In this document: positions 46,787 through 56,441 of the stretch, piece after piece
Layout: every line of letters starts with the position of its first letter
Numbering within the stretch: the stretch's first letter is position 1
Assembly (NCBI GenBank): GCA_947627925.1
Contig: CANQXW010000004.1
Location: forward strand, 1-57,266
DNA: 57,266 nt
Source of the DNA: an uncultured Bacilli bacterium
GTDB taxonomy: Bacteria; Bacillota_I; Bacilli_A; RF39; UBA660
Reading direction: 5' to 3'
Notes under the pieces: generated by a model
The model's database searches: none
What the model was told of the DNA's origin: nothing
Seen by the model: only the letters and a program-made list of their open reading frames with translations
Translations under genes and position numbers: made by a program

Positions 46787-47047
46787 TTAAACTAATTTAT
46801 CATACAAATCCATTATTTCTTTGATTTCTTTTTGATTATCTTTAGTTAAATTATTTTTCATATAATCTTCTAAAATACTAATTCCTACTCCTCTTAAAGA
46901 ATTGGTTAAAGCCCCAAGTTGAATTAATACTTCTTCATAACTTCTTTCACTTTCAATCATTCCCGCAAGACCCTTTATTTGGCCACCGATAATATTAAGT
47001 CTTTTGACAAAATACTTCTTATCTACTTCATTTGTAATATTTTTCAT
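46787..47047 (-). CDS. CsoR/RcnR/FrmR-family (DUF156) transcriptional repressor, Cys-less
   Basis: 86 aa. 'VKRLNIIGGQIKGLAGMIESERSYEEVLIQLGALTNSLRGVGISILEDYM' follows the family template 'RLkRieGQvrGl..Mie.dryC.dvl.Q..Av..AL'. There is no Cys anywhere in the protein. Confidence 0.75.
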   Translation of the reverse strand: MKNITNEVDKKYFVKRLNIIGGQIKGLAGMIESERSYEEVLIQLGALTNSLRGVGISILEDYMKNNLTKDNQKEIKEIMDLYDKLV

Positions 47048-47856
47048 TAGTTTTCCTCCTTTATAATATCTATTTGTTTAGTTAATATAAAATTATTAGC
47101 AAAATGATACTTCTCTTTATTTTTAATATATAGATAACCTATTATACTAAAAGTTAAAGAACCGATAAAATTAACTATTAAATCTTTCATTGTATCTATT
47201 ATACCAATATCTAAGTAACCTGTAAATGTTGCGAGTTCCTTATTTTCTTTATTGTATAAAACAGTTTTATTAATATCTTTGATTTTAACTGCAATATTTG
47301 TTTTTGTATCATCTAATTCGACGGTCGCAATATTTTGCACCAGCGTATCTTTTTGCATATCCGTTTTAAAAATTCTATCAAATCCAAATTCATAAAATTC
47401 CCATAAAACGCCAACAGTCATCGAAAAGCAAAAAGCTACAATGGCCACAAACAAAGGAGATAAATTAATTAAATCAACATGTTGGTTTAAAAGATAAACT
47501 AAAGAAAAGCCAATTCCGGCTGATAAAAAACCATTTAATGTATGCATAACGGTATCTACATGTGGTATTCTTACATAAAAATTATTTATTTCTCCAAGAA
47601 TTGTTGATGTAAATATTATTAAGAGTAAAAGGATTTCTAAAAAACTAGGAATAGATATTTTAAATTTCTTTTCAATAAAGAAAGGGATAATTAATAAAAC
47701 TAAAGTAAGCAAGCAAAGAATAGCTTTTGATACTTCTCCTAAAATAATTTGCCTAATAAATGTTATAAGGACTAGAGTTCTTAAAATAATGTAAACAACT
47801 AAAGTTTTTTTGTCTGATTCCCTATAGGCTTTCTTAATTTTTTTCTTTAAATTCAT
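47047..47856 (-). CDS. polytopic membrane protein (function unknown)
   Basis: ORF trimmed to the ATG at 47856 (MNLKKKIKK...), which avoids overlap with the upstream gene. ~7 hydrophobic helices. Stop/start shared with the CsoR-like gene. Confidence 0.6.
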   Translation of the reverse strand: MNLKKKIKKAYRESDKKTLVVYIILRTLVLITFIRQIILGEVSKAILCLLTLVLLIIPFFIEKKFKISIPSFLEILLLLIIFTSTILGEINNFYVRIPHVDTVMHTLNGFLSAGIGFSLVYLLNQHVDLINLSPLFVAIVAFCFSMTVGVLWEFYEFGFDRIFKTDMQKDTLVQNIATVELDDTKTNIAVKIKDINKTVLYNKENKELATFTGYLDIGIIDTMKDLIVNFIGSLTFSIIGYLYIKNKEKYHFANNFILTKQIDIIKEEN

Positions 47857-47948
47857 TCCTAATACTTCCTTTATAGAAAGTATTATACCGCTAAAATATA
47901 GAAAAAACCATAATTTCTTATGGCTTTCATTTACACTTGGCAATTTAA

Positions 47949-48401
47949 CTAACAAACACAATCTACATAAGTATCAGATAAACATCTAATACTGCATAAA
48001 CAACTACAATCCATTGTAAAGAATGAGTTCGTTGATACATATGGATATAATGAAGTTGGATCAGTATTTTCGGCTAAAACTCTAAATGTACAACAGTTAC
48101 CTTCAATCTTTTCAACTCTAAATACAGTTGAACAAGTACCTCCTAAAGGTTGTTCACTACAATTAGTTGTTACATCTTTACTAATAGGCATACTCCAAGG
48201 TGTTCCATTACCACAGCAAGTATAAAGCATTACTGGTCTTGTGTTACATACAAGGCAATTACTTCCTCCACCAAGCATTGGTCTATCGCAAGTATCTAAG
48301 CAATTATCTGGACAAGCATTTTCTTGTAATACTAAAATTATACTTAAAATTTCATTAATACAATTTCCAGAATTTGAATTTCCTGAATTATTATTATTCA
48401 T
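47949..48401 (-). CDS. CotY/CotZ/ExsY-family cysteine-rich spore coat/exosporium protein
   Basis: 150 aa and Cys-rich. 'CNTRPVMLYT', 'TVFRVEKIEGNCCTFRVL' and the C-terminal 'DCSCLCSIRCL' parallel the Bacillus CotY/ExsY pattern. Confidence 0.7.
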   Translation of the reverse strand: MNNNNSGNSNSGNCINEILSIILVLQENACPDNCLDTCDRPMLGGGSNCLVCNTRPVMLYTCCGNGTPWSMPISKDVTTNCSEQPLGGTCSTVFRVEKIEGNCCTFRVLAENTDPTSLYPYVSTNSFFTMDCSCLCSIRCLSDTYVDCVC

Positions 48402-48430
48402 CTTTTCACCCTTTCATGTATTCTCATTAT

Positions 48431-48457
48431 TAATTTATGTTTAATTTTTAAAATAGT
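48431..48457 (-). promoter_or_regulatory. possible mother-cell (sigma-K/E-type) promoter of the CotY-like gene
   Basis: Minus strand reads AC-N16-CATAAATTA (consensus AC-N16/17-CATAnnnTA), ~29 nt upstream of the ATG, which has an AAAGGGTGA Shine-Dalgarno. Confidence 0.4.
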
Positions 48458-48534
48458 GAATATCATATTTAGTTACTAAATTTAAGACTTTAAATGCCCT
48501 CTTTTAAAAAGATGGCATTTGTAGTATAATTATA

Positions 48535-48867
48535 TTGGGTGATTTAATTTTGAGTACAGCTATTCAATATATTATCATTGCGATAGTAATACTTGTTATA
48601 TTAGCAGTAGCCTTTAAATTAACTAGAAAAGATTTTGCTGTTAAAGAAAATAAACTTATTGGTTATTTAGGTGGCGAAGATAATATTATTAATGCCGAAT
48701 GTAATATGAGTAGATTTAAAGTTATTTTAAGAGATGTTACTCTAGCGGACAAAGATGCTATTCAAAGACTCGGCGCTAAAGGAATTGTAGAAATTGATAA
48801 TCAATTGAAAATAATATTTGATAGTAATGCTAAACAATTAAAAAAATATATTGACGAAATTGTCTAA
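48535..48867 (+). CDS. membrane-anchored protein with a PTS EIIB(Glc-family)-like domain
   Basis: 110 aa with a TTG start and an N-terminal TM helix. 'LIGYLGGEDNIINAECNMSRFKVILRD' then parallels the EIIB motif 'lGGkeNI....hCaTRLRf.l.D', including the Cys. Confidence 0.55.
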   Translation: MGDLILSTAIQYIIIAIVILVILAVAFKLTRKDFAVKENKLIGYLGGEDNIINAECNMSRFKVILRDVTLADKDAIQRLGAKGIVEIDNQLKIIFDSNAKQLKKYIDEIV

Positions 48868-49160
48868 TATATTTTTTTTATGTCTAAAATATCAATTATT
48901 TTAATTAGTTCCCCATCAATAGTTATTAAATCCGTACTAGTTTTACCCACAATGGTTTTTTCGACTACCTTATCTTTTAAAGTGATATCTACTCTACTTT
49001 TATATACATGATGACTAGAGGCAAAAATATCATTTATTTTTTTAATAACACTTAAGCTATCATGACTCTCTACTTTTCTATCACTACCATAAAATATATC
49101 TTGCGTATTATGTAAATTATCCTTTATTTTTCCTGGGGTTACTCTTGGTAAATCTTTCAT
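48864..49160 (-). CDS. hypothetical protein
   Basis: 98-aa ORF convergent with the EIIB-like gene (4-nt overlap of stops). No motif recognised. Confidence 0.4.
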   Translation of the reverse strand: MKDLPRVTPGKIKDNLHNTQDIFYGSDRKVESHDSLSVIKKINDIFASSHHVYKSRVDITLKDKVVEKTIVGKTSTDLITIDGELIKIIDILDIKKIY

Positions 49161-49216
49161 AACATCCTCCTTTAATATTCTATGATAAATAACTATTTTT
49201 GAACCATAATATAAAT

Positions 49217-50314
49217 ATGAGTCAAAAAAAATATAAAACTTATCTAATTTTTATTCCTCTTCTTATTTTAAATATAATAAGTCTTTTTAATATGCATAAT
49301 GCTAAATTAGTAAGTTCTCTTTATAATAATGCTTTGATTAAACAATTAATTTGGTTTATCTTAGGTTATTTAATTGTTTTTATTATTCAAAAATTAAAGC
49401 TAAAAAATATTTTTAAATATTCTCTTTATTTCTATTTATTTACGGTTGTTTTATTAGTTTTAGTTTTATTTTTGGGAACGTCTACTCATGGGGCTAAATG
49501 TTGGTTCTCTCTTTTTGGTTTTTCTTTTCAACCTAGTGAACTAGCTAAACTTTCTTTAGCCATGCTTTTAGTTAATATCGGAAGTAAAGCTAAAATAAAA
49601 AGTTTTAAAGATGAGGTAATTATTCTTTTTAAAATGTTTTTTGCGACTCTTATTCCTAGTATCTTAGTTTTTTTAGAACCCGATACCGGTGCCATTATTA
49701 ATTTTTTAATTATTTTGTTTATCTCTATCTTATTTTTAAAAATAAATAAATGGTGGTATATAACTTTTTTTGGCTTGTTTACTTTAGCTATTGGTTTATT
49801 TTTAGTGATGTATTTTTATTTTCAAGATACCCTTATTAAGATTTTAGGCACGAGTTTTTTCTACCGCATGGACCGCCTTATTAATTTTGCCAGTGGCAAT
49901 AGTTATCAGTTAGAAAATGCTCTCATTACGATTGGCGCCTCTTCCTTTCTAGGGGTCGGATTTAATAAAATTCTCCTTTATATTCCGGAAGCACCAACTG
50001 ATTTCTTTTTTGCATTTTCAATTGGTAATTATGGTCTTCTTTCCGGTATTCTTATCATTATATCTTTTGTTATCTTTGATTTATATTTTATCTATCTAAT
50101 TAATAAAAGCAAAAATTTAAAAGTCAAAATCTTTGCTTATGCCTACTTAGGCATGTTTATTTTTCATCAAGTTTATAATATAGGTATGAATTTAGGCTTA
50201 CTGCCCATTATGGGTATTCCTCTTCCTTTTTTATCTTATGGCGGAACCAATACTTTAATAAATTATCTTTTCTTAGGAATAATTCTAAATTTATTAAAAG
50301 AAAAAAATATCTAA
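49217..50314 (+). CDS. FtsW/RodA/SpoVE (SEDS) family peptidoglycan glycosyltransferase
   Basis: ~365 aa polytopic protein. 'FQPSELAKLSLAM', 'EPDTGA' and 'GIPLPFLSYGGTN' are SEDS hallmarks. The first ATG is at 49217 and the ORF-track TTG at 49199. No clear Shine-Dalgarno for either. Confidence 0.85.
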   Translation: MSQKKYKTYLIFIPLLILNIISLFNMHNAKLVSSLYNNALIKQLIWFILGYLIVFIIQKLKLKNIFKYSLYFYLFTVVLLVLVLFLGTSTHGAKCWFSLFGFSFQPSELAKLSLAMLLVNIGSKAKIKSFKDEVIILFKMFFATLIPSILVFLEPDTGAIINFLIILFISILFLKINKWWYITFFGLFTLAIGLFLVMYFYFQDTLIKILGTSFFYRMDRLINFASGNSYQLENALITIGASSFLGVGFNKILLYIPEAPTDFFFAFSIGNYGLLSGILIIISFVIFDLYFIYLINKSKNLKVKIFAYAYLGMFIFHQVYNIGMNLGLLPIMGIPLPFLSYGGTNTLINYLFLGIILNLLKEKNI

Positions 50315-50323
50315 AAAGATATT

Positions 50324-51403
50324 TTAACCTAAAAGTAGCATTTGTATAATAACGATTAAACTGGTAATAAAACTGGTAATGGCAATAACCGCGATAGCTA
50401 CAAAACCACTTTCTTTCTTTTTGATATTAGATAAAGGCTTTCTTACTAGTTTCATACTTTCTTCATGACTTAGGTTTTGGCCTTCATCCCGAACTATTTC
50501 GCCATATTCATTAATTCTCCCAACATACTCCCCATTTAAACTATACATGTTACCATTTTCATCAGTAAGCAACTCTTCATCTGCCGGAATACTTGGTGAT
50601 TCATTATCTAAAGAAAATTCTTGGGCATTCTTATCTCTTGCTTCTGGATCTAATTCCGGAGCTCTATTTTTTAAATTTTCACAATTCTTATCTAATTTAT
50701 CAGCATAATCATATTCGACATTCGCTAAAGCTACTTTTACTTTTTCTTCAGTAGCTATACCTAAATTACCACGATTATTAAAGGAATCACCTGTTTTACT
50801 TAAACTCTTAGTTTTTATTTTACTTCTTCCCATAACTTCCGCGATTACAGGTTCAATTAATTCCTTTTTTAAATTATCATTATAATCAAGCGTAGCATTT
50901 AATCGTTCATTATAACCAATACTATCTTTGAATCCCATTTTGATTTCACAATAAGATGATCCAAAAGCATTATCTTTCACATTAAAGCCAATCAAAGCCT
51001 CCATATCTTCTTTTTTGCTACCTCTTAAATCGCCAATAATTCTATTTCGTAAATTAATAATATCTTGAAGGTCTAAGCCTTGGATACCCTCTCTTAATAA
51101 TTTTTCTTTTTCTTCAGGGCTTAAAGTTGTACTTTGAATAAAGTTTTCTAATTCAGCAGTGCCTTTAATGGTTTTAGCTTCCAGCATATCTTTTAACATT
51201 TTTAAATAATCATCATAAGTGTTCTTCTTGGTTGCTTGTTTTACTTTTTCCAATTCTTTTAAAGCAAAAGCCATTTCTTCTTTCGTTGGTTCTTTTTTCT
51301 CGCCATTTTCTATTTTGGAAATAGTATAATTATCATTTTCATAAGCTACTAAAAACGTTTCGCCTTTTTCATTAGTAATAATTACTTCTTGCATATAAAT
51401 CAA
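50324..51403 (-). CDS. hypothetical C-terminally membrane-anchored protein
   Basis: 359 aa. Charged soluble body with a single C-terminal TM 'FVAIAVIAITSFITSLIVIIQMLLL'. Confidence 0.5.
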   Translation of the reverse strand: MIYMQEVIITNEKGETFLVAYENDNYTISKIENGEKKEPTKEEMAFALKELEKVKQATKKNTYDDYLKMLKDMLEAKTIKGTAELENFIQSTTLSPEEKEKLLREGIQGLDLQDIINLRNRIIGDLRGSKKEDMEALIGFNVKDNAFGSSYCEIKMGFKDSIGYNERLNATLDYNDNLKKELIEPVIAEVMGRSKIKTKSLSKTGDSFNNRGNLGIATEEKVKVALANVEYDYADKLDKNCENLKNRAPELDPEARDKNAQEFSLDNESPSIPADEELLTDENGNMYSLNGEYVGRINEYGEIVRDEGQNLSHEESMKLVRKPLSNIKKKESGFVAIAVIAITSFITSLIVIIQMLLLG

Positions 51404-51427
51404 ACCCTATTCTATTATAAGACTACT

Positions 51428-51462
51428 AAAAAAATGGGCAAAATGCAATAAAGAGCCCATTT
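51428..51462 (-). terminator. rho-independent terminator after the ABC transporter gene
   Basis: Minus strand: AAATGGGC-(15-nt loop)-GCCCATTT followed by TTTTT. Confidence 0.5.
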
Positions 51463-51472
51463 ATCTTGACAA

Positions 51473-53164
51473 TTATTTAGCAACTTTAATTTTACCTTTA
51501 TCTTCAACTAAAACTTTATACTTTTTATCTTTATTTAGAACATTTAATCTAATAGCAATAATGCTTAGACTTAAAAATAATAATGAAACTATAATTAAAA
51601 GGTTCCAAATACTTAAAACATGAGCTGATGTAAATTTAAAGAAATTAGAACTAGGCTCTAAAACACCATATTTAGTTAAGTTACTAATTGAGCCAAAAGT
51701 TTCAAAACTCCATCTTCCCGAAGTAAAATAAGAAATCTTTTCTGTTAGTTTTACAAAAGGAATAAACATTCCCGAAAATATCATTTGGACCATCATGTAT
51801 AATGGTGAAATAATCAAAGTTGTTTTAGCGTCTTTAACAATTGCTGATATAAATAATCCCATAATACTGGTGGAAAAATCGATAATAAAAAAGTTAATAA
51901 TTAAGTCAATTAGTGTGGTAAAAATAAGATTGTCTTCAGGACGAGGATCTAGGTGAAAATATAAAATAGAAACGCAAGTGATAGCTTGATATAAACACAG
52001 TAGGGAAATAACTACTATTTTAGAAAGAATATAGGCCGAAAAATTCAATCCACTCATATATTCTTTTTTTAATATTTCTCTTTCTTTAACTATCTCTTGA
52101 ATAGTATTAAAAAGTCCCAGCCAAATCGAAGCCATAGTTAAAGCTGCACACATCATGGAAGCTGTAAGAGGATTTAAAAAACTATTTTTTTCGGTAGCCA
52201 AACACATTAAAACCGCCATTAAAATAGCCTGACCTAAGAAAAGAATTAACATCATTTTATTATTAATTAAAGAAGATACATATCTTTTTATTAAAGTAAT
52301 GGTTTGGGTAAAGAAACCAACAGGCTTTTTCGGCTTATCTTTTTCTTTTTCTATTACTTTAATTTTTTCTTGATGACGACAATATTTTTTATACCATGTT
52401 TCAGAATCTTCTTTTAATATATCATAAATTTCGACAAATTCTTGAACCTTAAAATAATCAAAAATATCTTTATAAGGGCCATAATAACATATTCTTCCCT
52501 TTGGTCCCATGAACAAAACTTTATCACATAAATCTAAATCAGATGTTGTATGAGCAGTCATAATAATAGTTTTACCACTTCTAGATATTTCCCGTAATTT
52601 AGTTATTATTTTTTTAGCAATATTAGCATCTAGTCCACTAGTAGGTTCATCAAGCAAAAAAATATCAGGATTACTTAACATCTCGGTTGCAATCGCAGCC
52701 CTTTTTCTCTCTCCTCCACTTAAGTTTTTAATAATTGTATTTTTAACATGAGTTAATTCTAATATATTTAAAACATTTTTAAGAGTTTTTTTCATTTCTT
52801 TTTTTGAAATACCCTTAACTCTTAATTTTAAAGAATATTCTAAAGATTTAACAAGTGATAAACTTTGATCTAAAATTTCTCTTTGAGGAACATAAGCTAT
52901 TTTTCCTTTAAAGTATTCTTCATTTTCCAAAAAACTAACACCATCTATATATATTTGTCCAGTGCTAGGATAATTATAACCGCTTAAAATATTCATTAAA
53001 GTTGTCTTACCCGCGCCAGAGCAACCAACAATAGCAATAAATTCTCCTGGATTAACATTTAATGATAAATTAGACAAAATTGTTTTTTGCTCTTTTTGAA
53101 TTTTTACTTTTTTGCTAACATCAATAATTTTTAAATCACTACCAATTTGATTCAAAAGAATCAC
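51473..53164 (-). CDS. fused ABC transporter ATP-binding/permease protein (ABC-2/ABCG-like)
   Basis: 563 aa. Walker A 'GCSGAGKTT', signature 'LSGGERKR', Walker B 'IFLLDEPTSGLD', followed by ~6 TM helices. Confidence 0.88.
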   Translation of the reverse strand: MILLNQIGSDLKIIDVSKKVKIQKEQKTILSNLSLNVNPGEFIAIVGCSGAGKTTLMNILSGYNYPSTGQIYIDGVSFLENEEYFKGKIAYVPQREILDQSLSLVKSLEYSLKLRVKGISKKEMKKTLKNVLNILELTHVKNTIIKNLSGGERKRAAIATEMLSNPDIFLLDEPTSGLDANIAKKIITKLREISRSGKTIIMTAHTTSDLDLCDKVLFMGPKGRICYYGPYKDIFDYFKVQEFVEIYDILKEDSETWYKKYCRHQEKIKVIEKEKDKPKKPVGFFTQTITLIKRYVSSLINNKMMLILFLGQAILMAVLMCLATEKNSFLNPLTASMMCAALTMASIWLGLFNTIQEIVKEREILKKEYMSGLNFSAYILSKIVVISLLCLYQAITCVSILYFHLDPRPEDNLIFTTLIDLIINFFIIDFSTSIMGLFISAIVKDAKTTLIISPLYMMVQMIFSGMFIPFVKLTEKISYFTSGRWSFETFGSISNLTKYGVLEPSSNFFKFTSAHVLSIWNLLIIVSLLFLSLSIIAIRLNVLNKDKKYKVLVEDKGKIKVAK

Positions 53165-53248
53165 TCCTAACTACTCTATGAACATTTTATCATATCAAAA
53201 AATCAATTGCTACTTAATCAAAAAAAATATATTAAAAAAATGTCAAAC

Positions 53249-53297
53249 AAAAAAGTTTCATAATGTCTACTGTTAAGTATAATATGAAACTTTTTTA
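53249..53297 (-). terminator. long AT-rich hairpin terminator after the YfcC-like gene
   Basis: AAAAAGTTTCATA-(20-nt loop)-TATGAAACTTTTT, with A/T runs on both sides. Confidence 0.45.
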
Positions 53298-53309
53298 AAA
53301 TCTTATTTA

Positions 53310-54803
53310 TTAAATATAAAACATTACGGTAAATAGTACTAGTAAAATTACTAGAATACCAAGAACAAACATCCAGATATATTTTAGCCATATCTTATAG
53401 TCAATATCTAAATATGATAGACCAATTAGTAATATTCCACTAGTTGGAGCAATTAATCCTACAAAACCATATAGAGTTACAAATATAGTATGTAAGATTT
53501 CAATATTTTGCGCATAAGCACTTACTAAATAAGTACCTACTAAATAACCAGTAAGTCCTAAATCAGGATGGAATACATTAACTACTAAAGCATCTAAAGC
53601 AGTAACAAATGGATTAAAGCTACTTGAAAACTTCATAATTAAATTCGTAACTGTTGGCATTACACCAGCCATATAAACAGCTGCCATTACCATATAAGTA
53701 CCAACAAATAAGCCGATTGGTAATATCATCTTTTTAACGCCTTCACCAATTGCACTAATGTAATCACTGAATTTAACGCGATTCATTAAAGCAATTAATG
53801 AACCAAATACTATTAAAATAGTTGAAACATGGAATAAATTCCAATTACCAAATTCCCCATAAGTTTCCATAGAGAATGTTCCTAAGAAAGCTCTAAAAAT
53901 TTGGAAATCCCCAATCTTAATATTTAATAACCATTTATGGAAATCATTAAATACGGTAATGCCAAAGTTTCCTTCCCATCTCATATATCCTAAAATAATT
54001 AGAACAAATAAAATTGAGAATAAAACAACTACTGGCCAAGCTTTAGCCTTTTGAGGCGCTTTGCCAACCTTAAATGGATCAGCTTCTACTTCGTTTATCT
54101 TTTTATCTTTTAATACTTTTCTCGCATGTATAACTGTAAAGAAATTAAATAGAACAAAAGCCACTACTAGAACAATTAAACGATATAAAAGCCCTGTATT
54201 AATACCAATATTTGTATAATAATTGAAATAATACAATCCTTCACTACCATAAGTGACTCCTAGTAAACCGATCAAAATAGATCCAAACGTTGCTGAAAAC
54301 GCGGTTATTTTATCTAGTTTCATTTCTAATAAAACAGAAACGATAAATGGCACAAATACTAAAGCGACAAAGCTTTGATTAAATAATGACGCCATTGCTG
54401 TAAATAGTAATGAAACTAAAATAATTGTTATTGTTTCCTTTCCTTTTAATTTTTCGGCAATGGAACTAACTAATTTTTTGTAGCCATTGCTTACGCTTAG
54501 TACAGCATAGAAACCACCAAGTACTAGTAAGAAGACAATCTTATCTAGTGAGAAGTTTATCGCTTGATTGATTAAATAAGGTAAATCTGTTAAACCTTGG
54601 CGATATACCATTCCTTCATCAGAAAATTCTGTACCATTAAAAAATCCATAGCCAAAAACCCAAGTTAAACCAATACTTAAGAATAAGAATAAACCTACCC
54701 ATTTTACTAAGTTATGTTTCTTAGATTTTAAAGCAATAAATACTCCACCCAATATAGTTAAAATTAAAACAACTATAAGGCCAATTATTTGTATTACTGA
54801 CAT
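53310..54803 (-). CDS. YfcC/DcuC-like integral membrane carrier
   Basis: 497 aa, >10 TM helices. 'FLLVLGGFYAVLSVSNGYKKLVSSIAEKLKGKE' resembles the YfcC-family N-terminal motif. Assignment by eye only. Confidence 0.5.
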   Translation of the reverse strand: MSVIQIIGLIVVLILTILGGVFIALKSKKHNLVKWVGLFLFLSIGLTWVFGYGFFNGTEFSDEGMVYRQGLTDLPYLINQAINFSLDKIVFLLVLGGFYAVLSVSNGYKKLVSSIAEKLKGKETITIILVSLLFTAMASLFNQSFVALVFVPFIVSVLLEMKLDKITAFSATFGSILIGLLGVTYGSEGLYYFNYYTNIGINTGLLYRLIVLVVAFVLFNFFTVIHARKVLKDKKINEVEADPFKVGKAPQKAKAWPVVVLFSILFVLIILGYMRWEGNFGITVFNDFHKWLLNIKIGDFQIFRAFLGTFSMETYGEFGNWNLFHVSTILIVFGSLIALMNRVKFSDYISAIGEGVKKMILPIGLFVGTYMVMAAVYMAGVMPTVTNLIMKFSSSFNPFVTALDALVVNVFHPDLGLTGYLVGTYLVSAYAQNIEILHTIFVTLYGFVGLIAPTSGILLIGLSYLDIDYKIWLKYIWMFVLGILVILLVLFTVMFYI

Positions 54804-54843
54804 ATTTTCTACCTCCTACAAAAATTATAACACTGAGAAAAAT

Positions 54844-54868
54844 AAAAAAAAAGCCTTTTTTGGCTTTT
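54844..54868 (-). terminator. rho-independent terminator after lysS
   Basis: Minus strand: AAAAGCC-aaaaaa-GGCTTTT followed by a T-run. Confidence 0.6.
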
Positions 54869-54879
54869 CTAACTTAAAA

Positions 54880-56364
54880 TTAATCCCTTGGTTTCATTGT
54901 TGGAAATAAAATAACATCTCTAATAGAGTCACTTTCCGTAAATAACATCATTAATCTATCGATGCCATAACCGATTCCACCAGCTGGTGGCATACCATAT
55001 TCTAAGGCTTCGATGAAGTCCATATCAATATCATTAGCTTCTTCGTTACCTAAGTCTCTTTCTTTTAATTGAGCTTCAAATCTTTCTAATTGATCAACGG
55101 GATCATTAAGTTCCGTATAAGCATTCGCAAATTCTTTACCCCCAATAAATAATTCAAAACGATCAACAAATCTTGGGTCTTCCGGATTTTTCTTCGTTAA
55201 TGGGGAAATTTCAATTGGATGTCCATAAAGGAAAGTTGGTTCGATTAAAGTTTCTTCCACATATTTTTCAAAGAATAAATTAATAATATGGCCTAATGAT
55301 TTTTGGTGCTCTTCCACTGGTATATTATGTTCTTCACATAATTTTAAGGCTTCATCTAAACTCATTTCTTTTTTGAAATCAATACCCGTTTTCTCTTTAA
55401 TTGCGTCAGTCATACTAATCCTCTTCCAAGGCCCTTCAATATTAATTTCATGACCACACCAGTTATAAACCATTTTGCCCATAACTTCTCTTCCAATAGT
55501 TTGGAACATTTCTTCGGTTAAATCCATCATGCCTTCCAAATCTGAATAAGCAAGATAGGCTTCCATCATCGTAAATTCCGGATTATGTTTCGGATCCATT
55601 CCTTCATTTCTAAATGTTCTACCAATTTCATAAACTGCTTCCATGCCCCCAACTAATAATCTTTTTAAAGGAAGCTCTAAAGCAATTCTTAAATACATGT
55701 CTAAGTCTTGCGCATTATGATGGGTTTTAAATGGTCTTGCTGATGCTCCGGTTAAAAGACTAGTTAAGACCGGAGTTTCCACTTCTGTAAATCCTTTATT
55801 ATCCATAAAATTTTGAATACATCTAATTATTTTCGGCCTAATAAAGGCGATATTTTTACTATTTTCGTTCATGATTAAATCGACATAACGTCTTCTATAA
55901 CGTTCTTCGATATCGGTTAGTCCATGGAATTTTTCTGGTAAAGGACGTAAAGCTTTAACTAAATGAGTATATTTAGTCGCATGAATAGTTAAAGCTCCCG
56001 TATTAGTTTTGCAAACCCAACCATTAATGCCAATAATATCGCCAATATCACAAGCTTTATAAAGTTCATATTCTTCTTCGCCAACATCACTAATGCTAAT
56101 ATAGATTTGGATATTACCATATTTATCTTGAATGTCCATAAATCCCGCTTTACCACTTCTTCTTTTACTCATAATGCGGCCCGCGATTATAACTTCGTGT
56201 TTCTCTTGTTCTAAGGTTTCTTTATCGTATACTTCATAAGTATCTTTGATATCTTGAGAATTACTAGTTCTTTTAAAACTATGACCAAAGGGGTCCATTC
56301 CCAAACTTCTTAAATTTTCACTTTTTTCTCTTCTTACTAATTCTTGTTCTGTAAATTCACGCAT
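54880..56364 (-). CDS. lysS: lysine--tRNA ligase (class II)
   Basis: 494 aa. 'RRRYVDLI', 'FTEVETPVL', '[16 protein letters not shown]', '[12 protein letters not shown]' and '[14 protein letters not shown]' are class II LysRS motifs. Confidence 0.96.
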   Translation of the reverse strand: MREFTEQELVRREKSENLRSLGMDPFGHSFKRTSNSQDIKDTYEVYDKETLEQEKHEVIIAGRIMSKRRSGKAGFMDIQDKYGNIQIYISISDVGEEEYELYKACDIGDIIGINGWVCKTNTGALTIHATKYTHLVKALRPLPEKFHGLTDIEERYRRRYVDLIMNENSKNIAFIRPKIIRCIQNFMDNKGFTEVETPVLTSLLTGASARPFKTHHNAQDLDMYLRIALELPLKRLLVGGMEAVYEIGRTFRNEGMDPKHNPEFTMMEAYLAYSDLEGMMDLTEEMFQTIGREVMGKMVYNWCGHEINIEGPWKRISMTDAIKEKTGIDFKKEMSLDEALKLCEEHNIPVEEHQKSLGHIINLFFEKYVEETLIEPTFLYGHPIEISPLTKKNPEDPRFVDRFELFIGGKEFANAYTELNDPVDQLERFEAQLKERDLGNEEANDIDMDFIEALEYGMPPAGGIGYGIDRLMMLFTESDSIRDVILFPTMKPRD

Positions 56365-56441
56365 AAAATACCACCTTTTAGAAATTATAGCACAAAAAAA
56401 TAATCTTTCAAAGAGAAAGACTATTTTCCTTACTAATTTAA

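Noticed and set aside
56365-56441. T-box or other leader upstream of lysS
   Set aside because: The gap is only 77 nt and is mostly occupied by the upstream gene's terminator-like hairpin. That is too short for a T-box, and no specifier/T-box sequence is seen.
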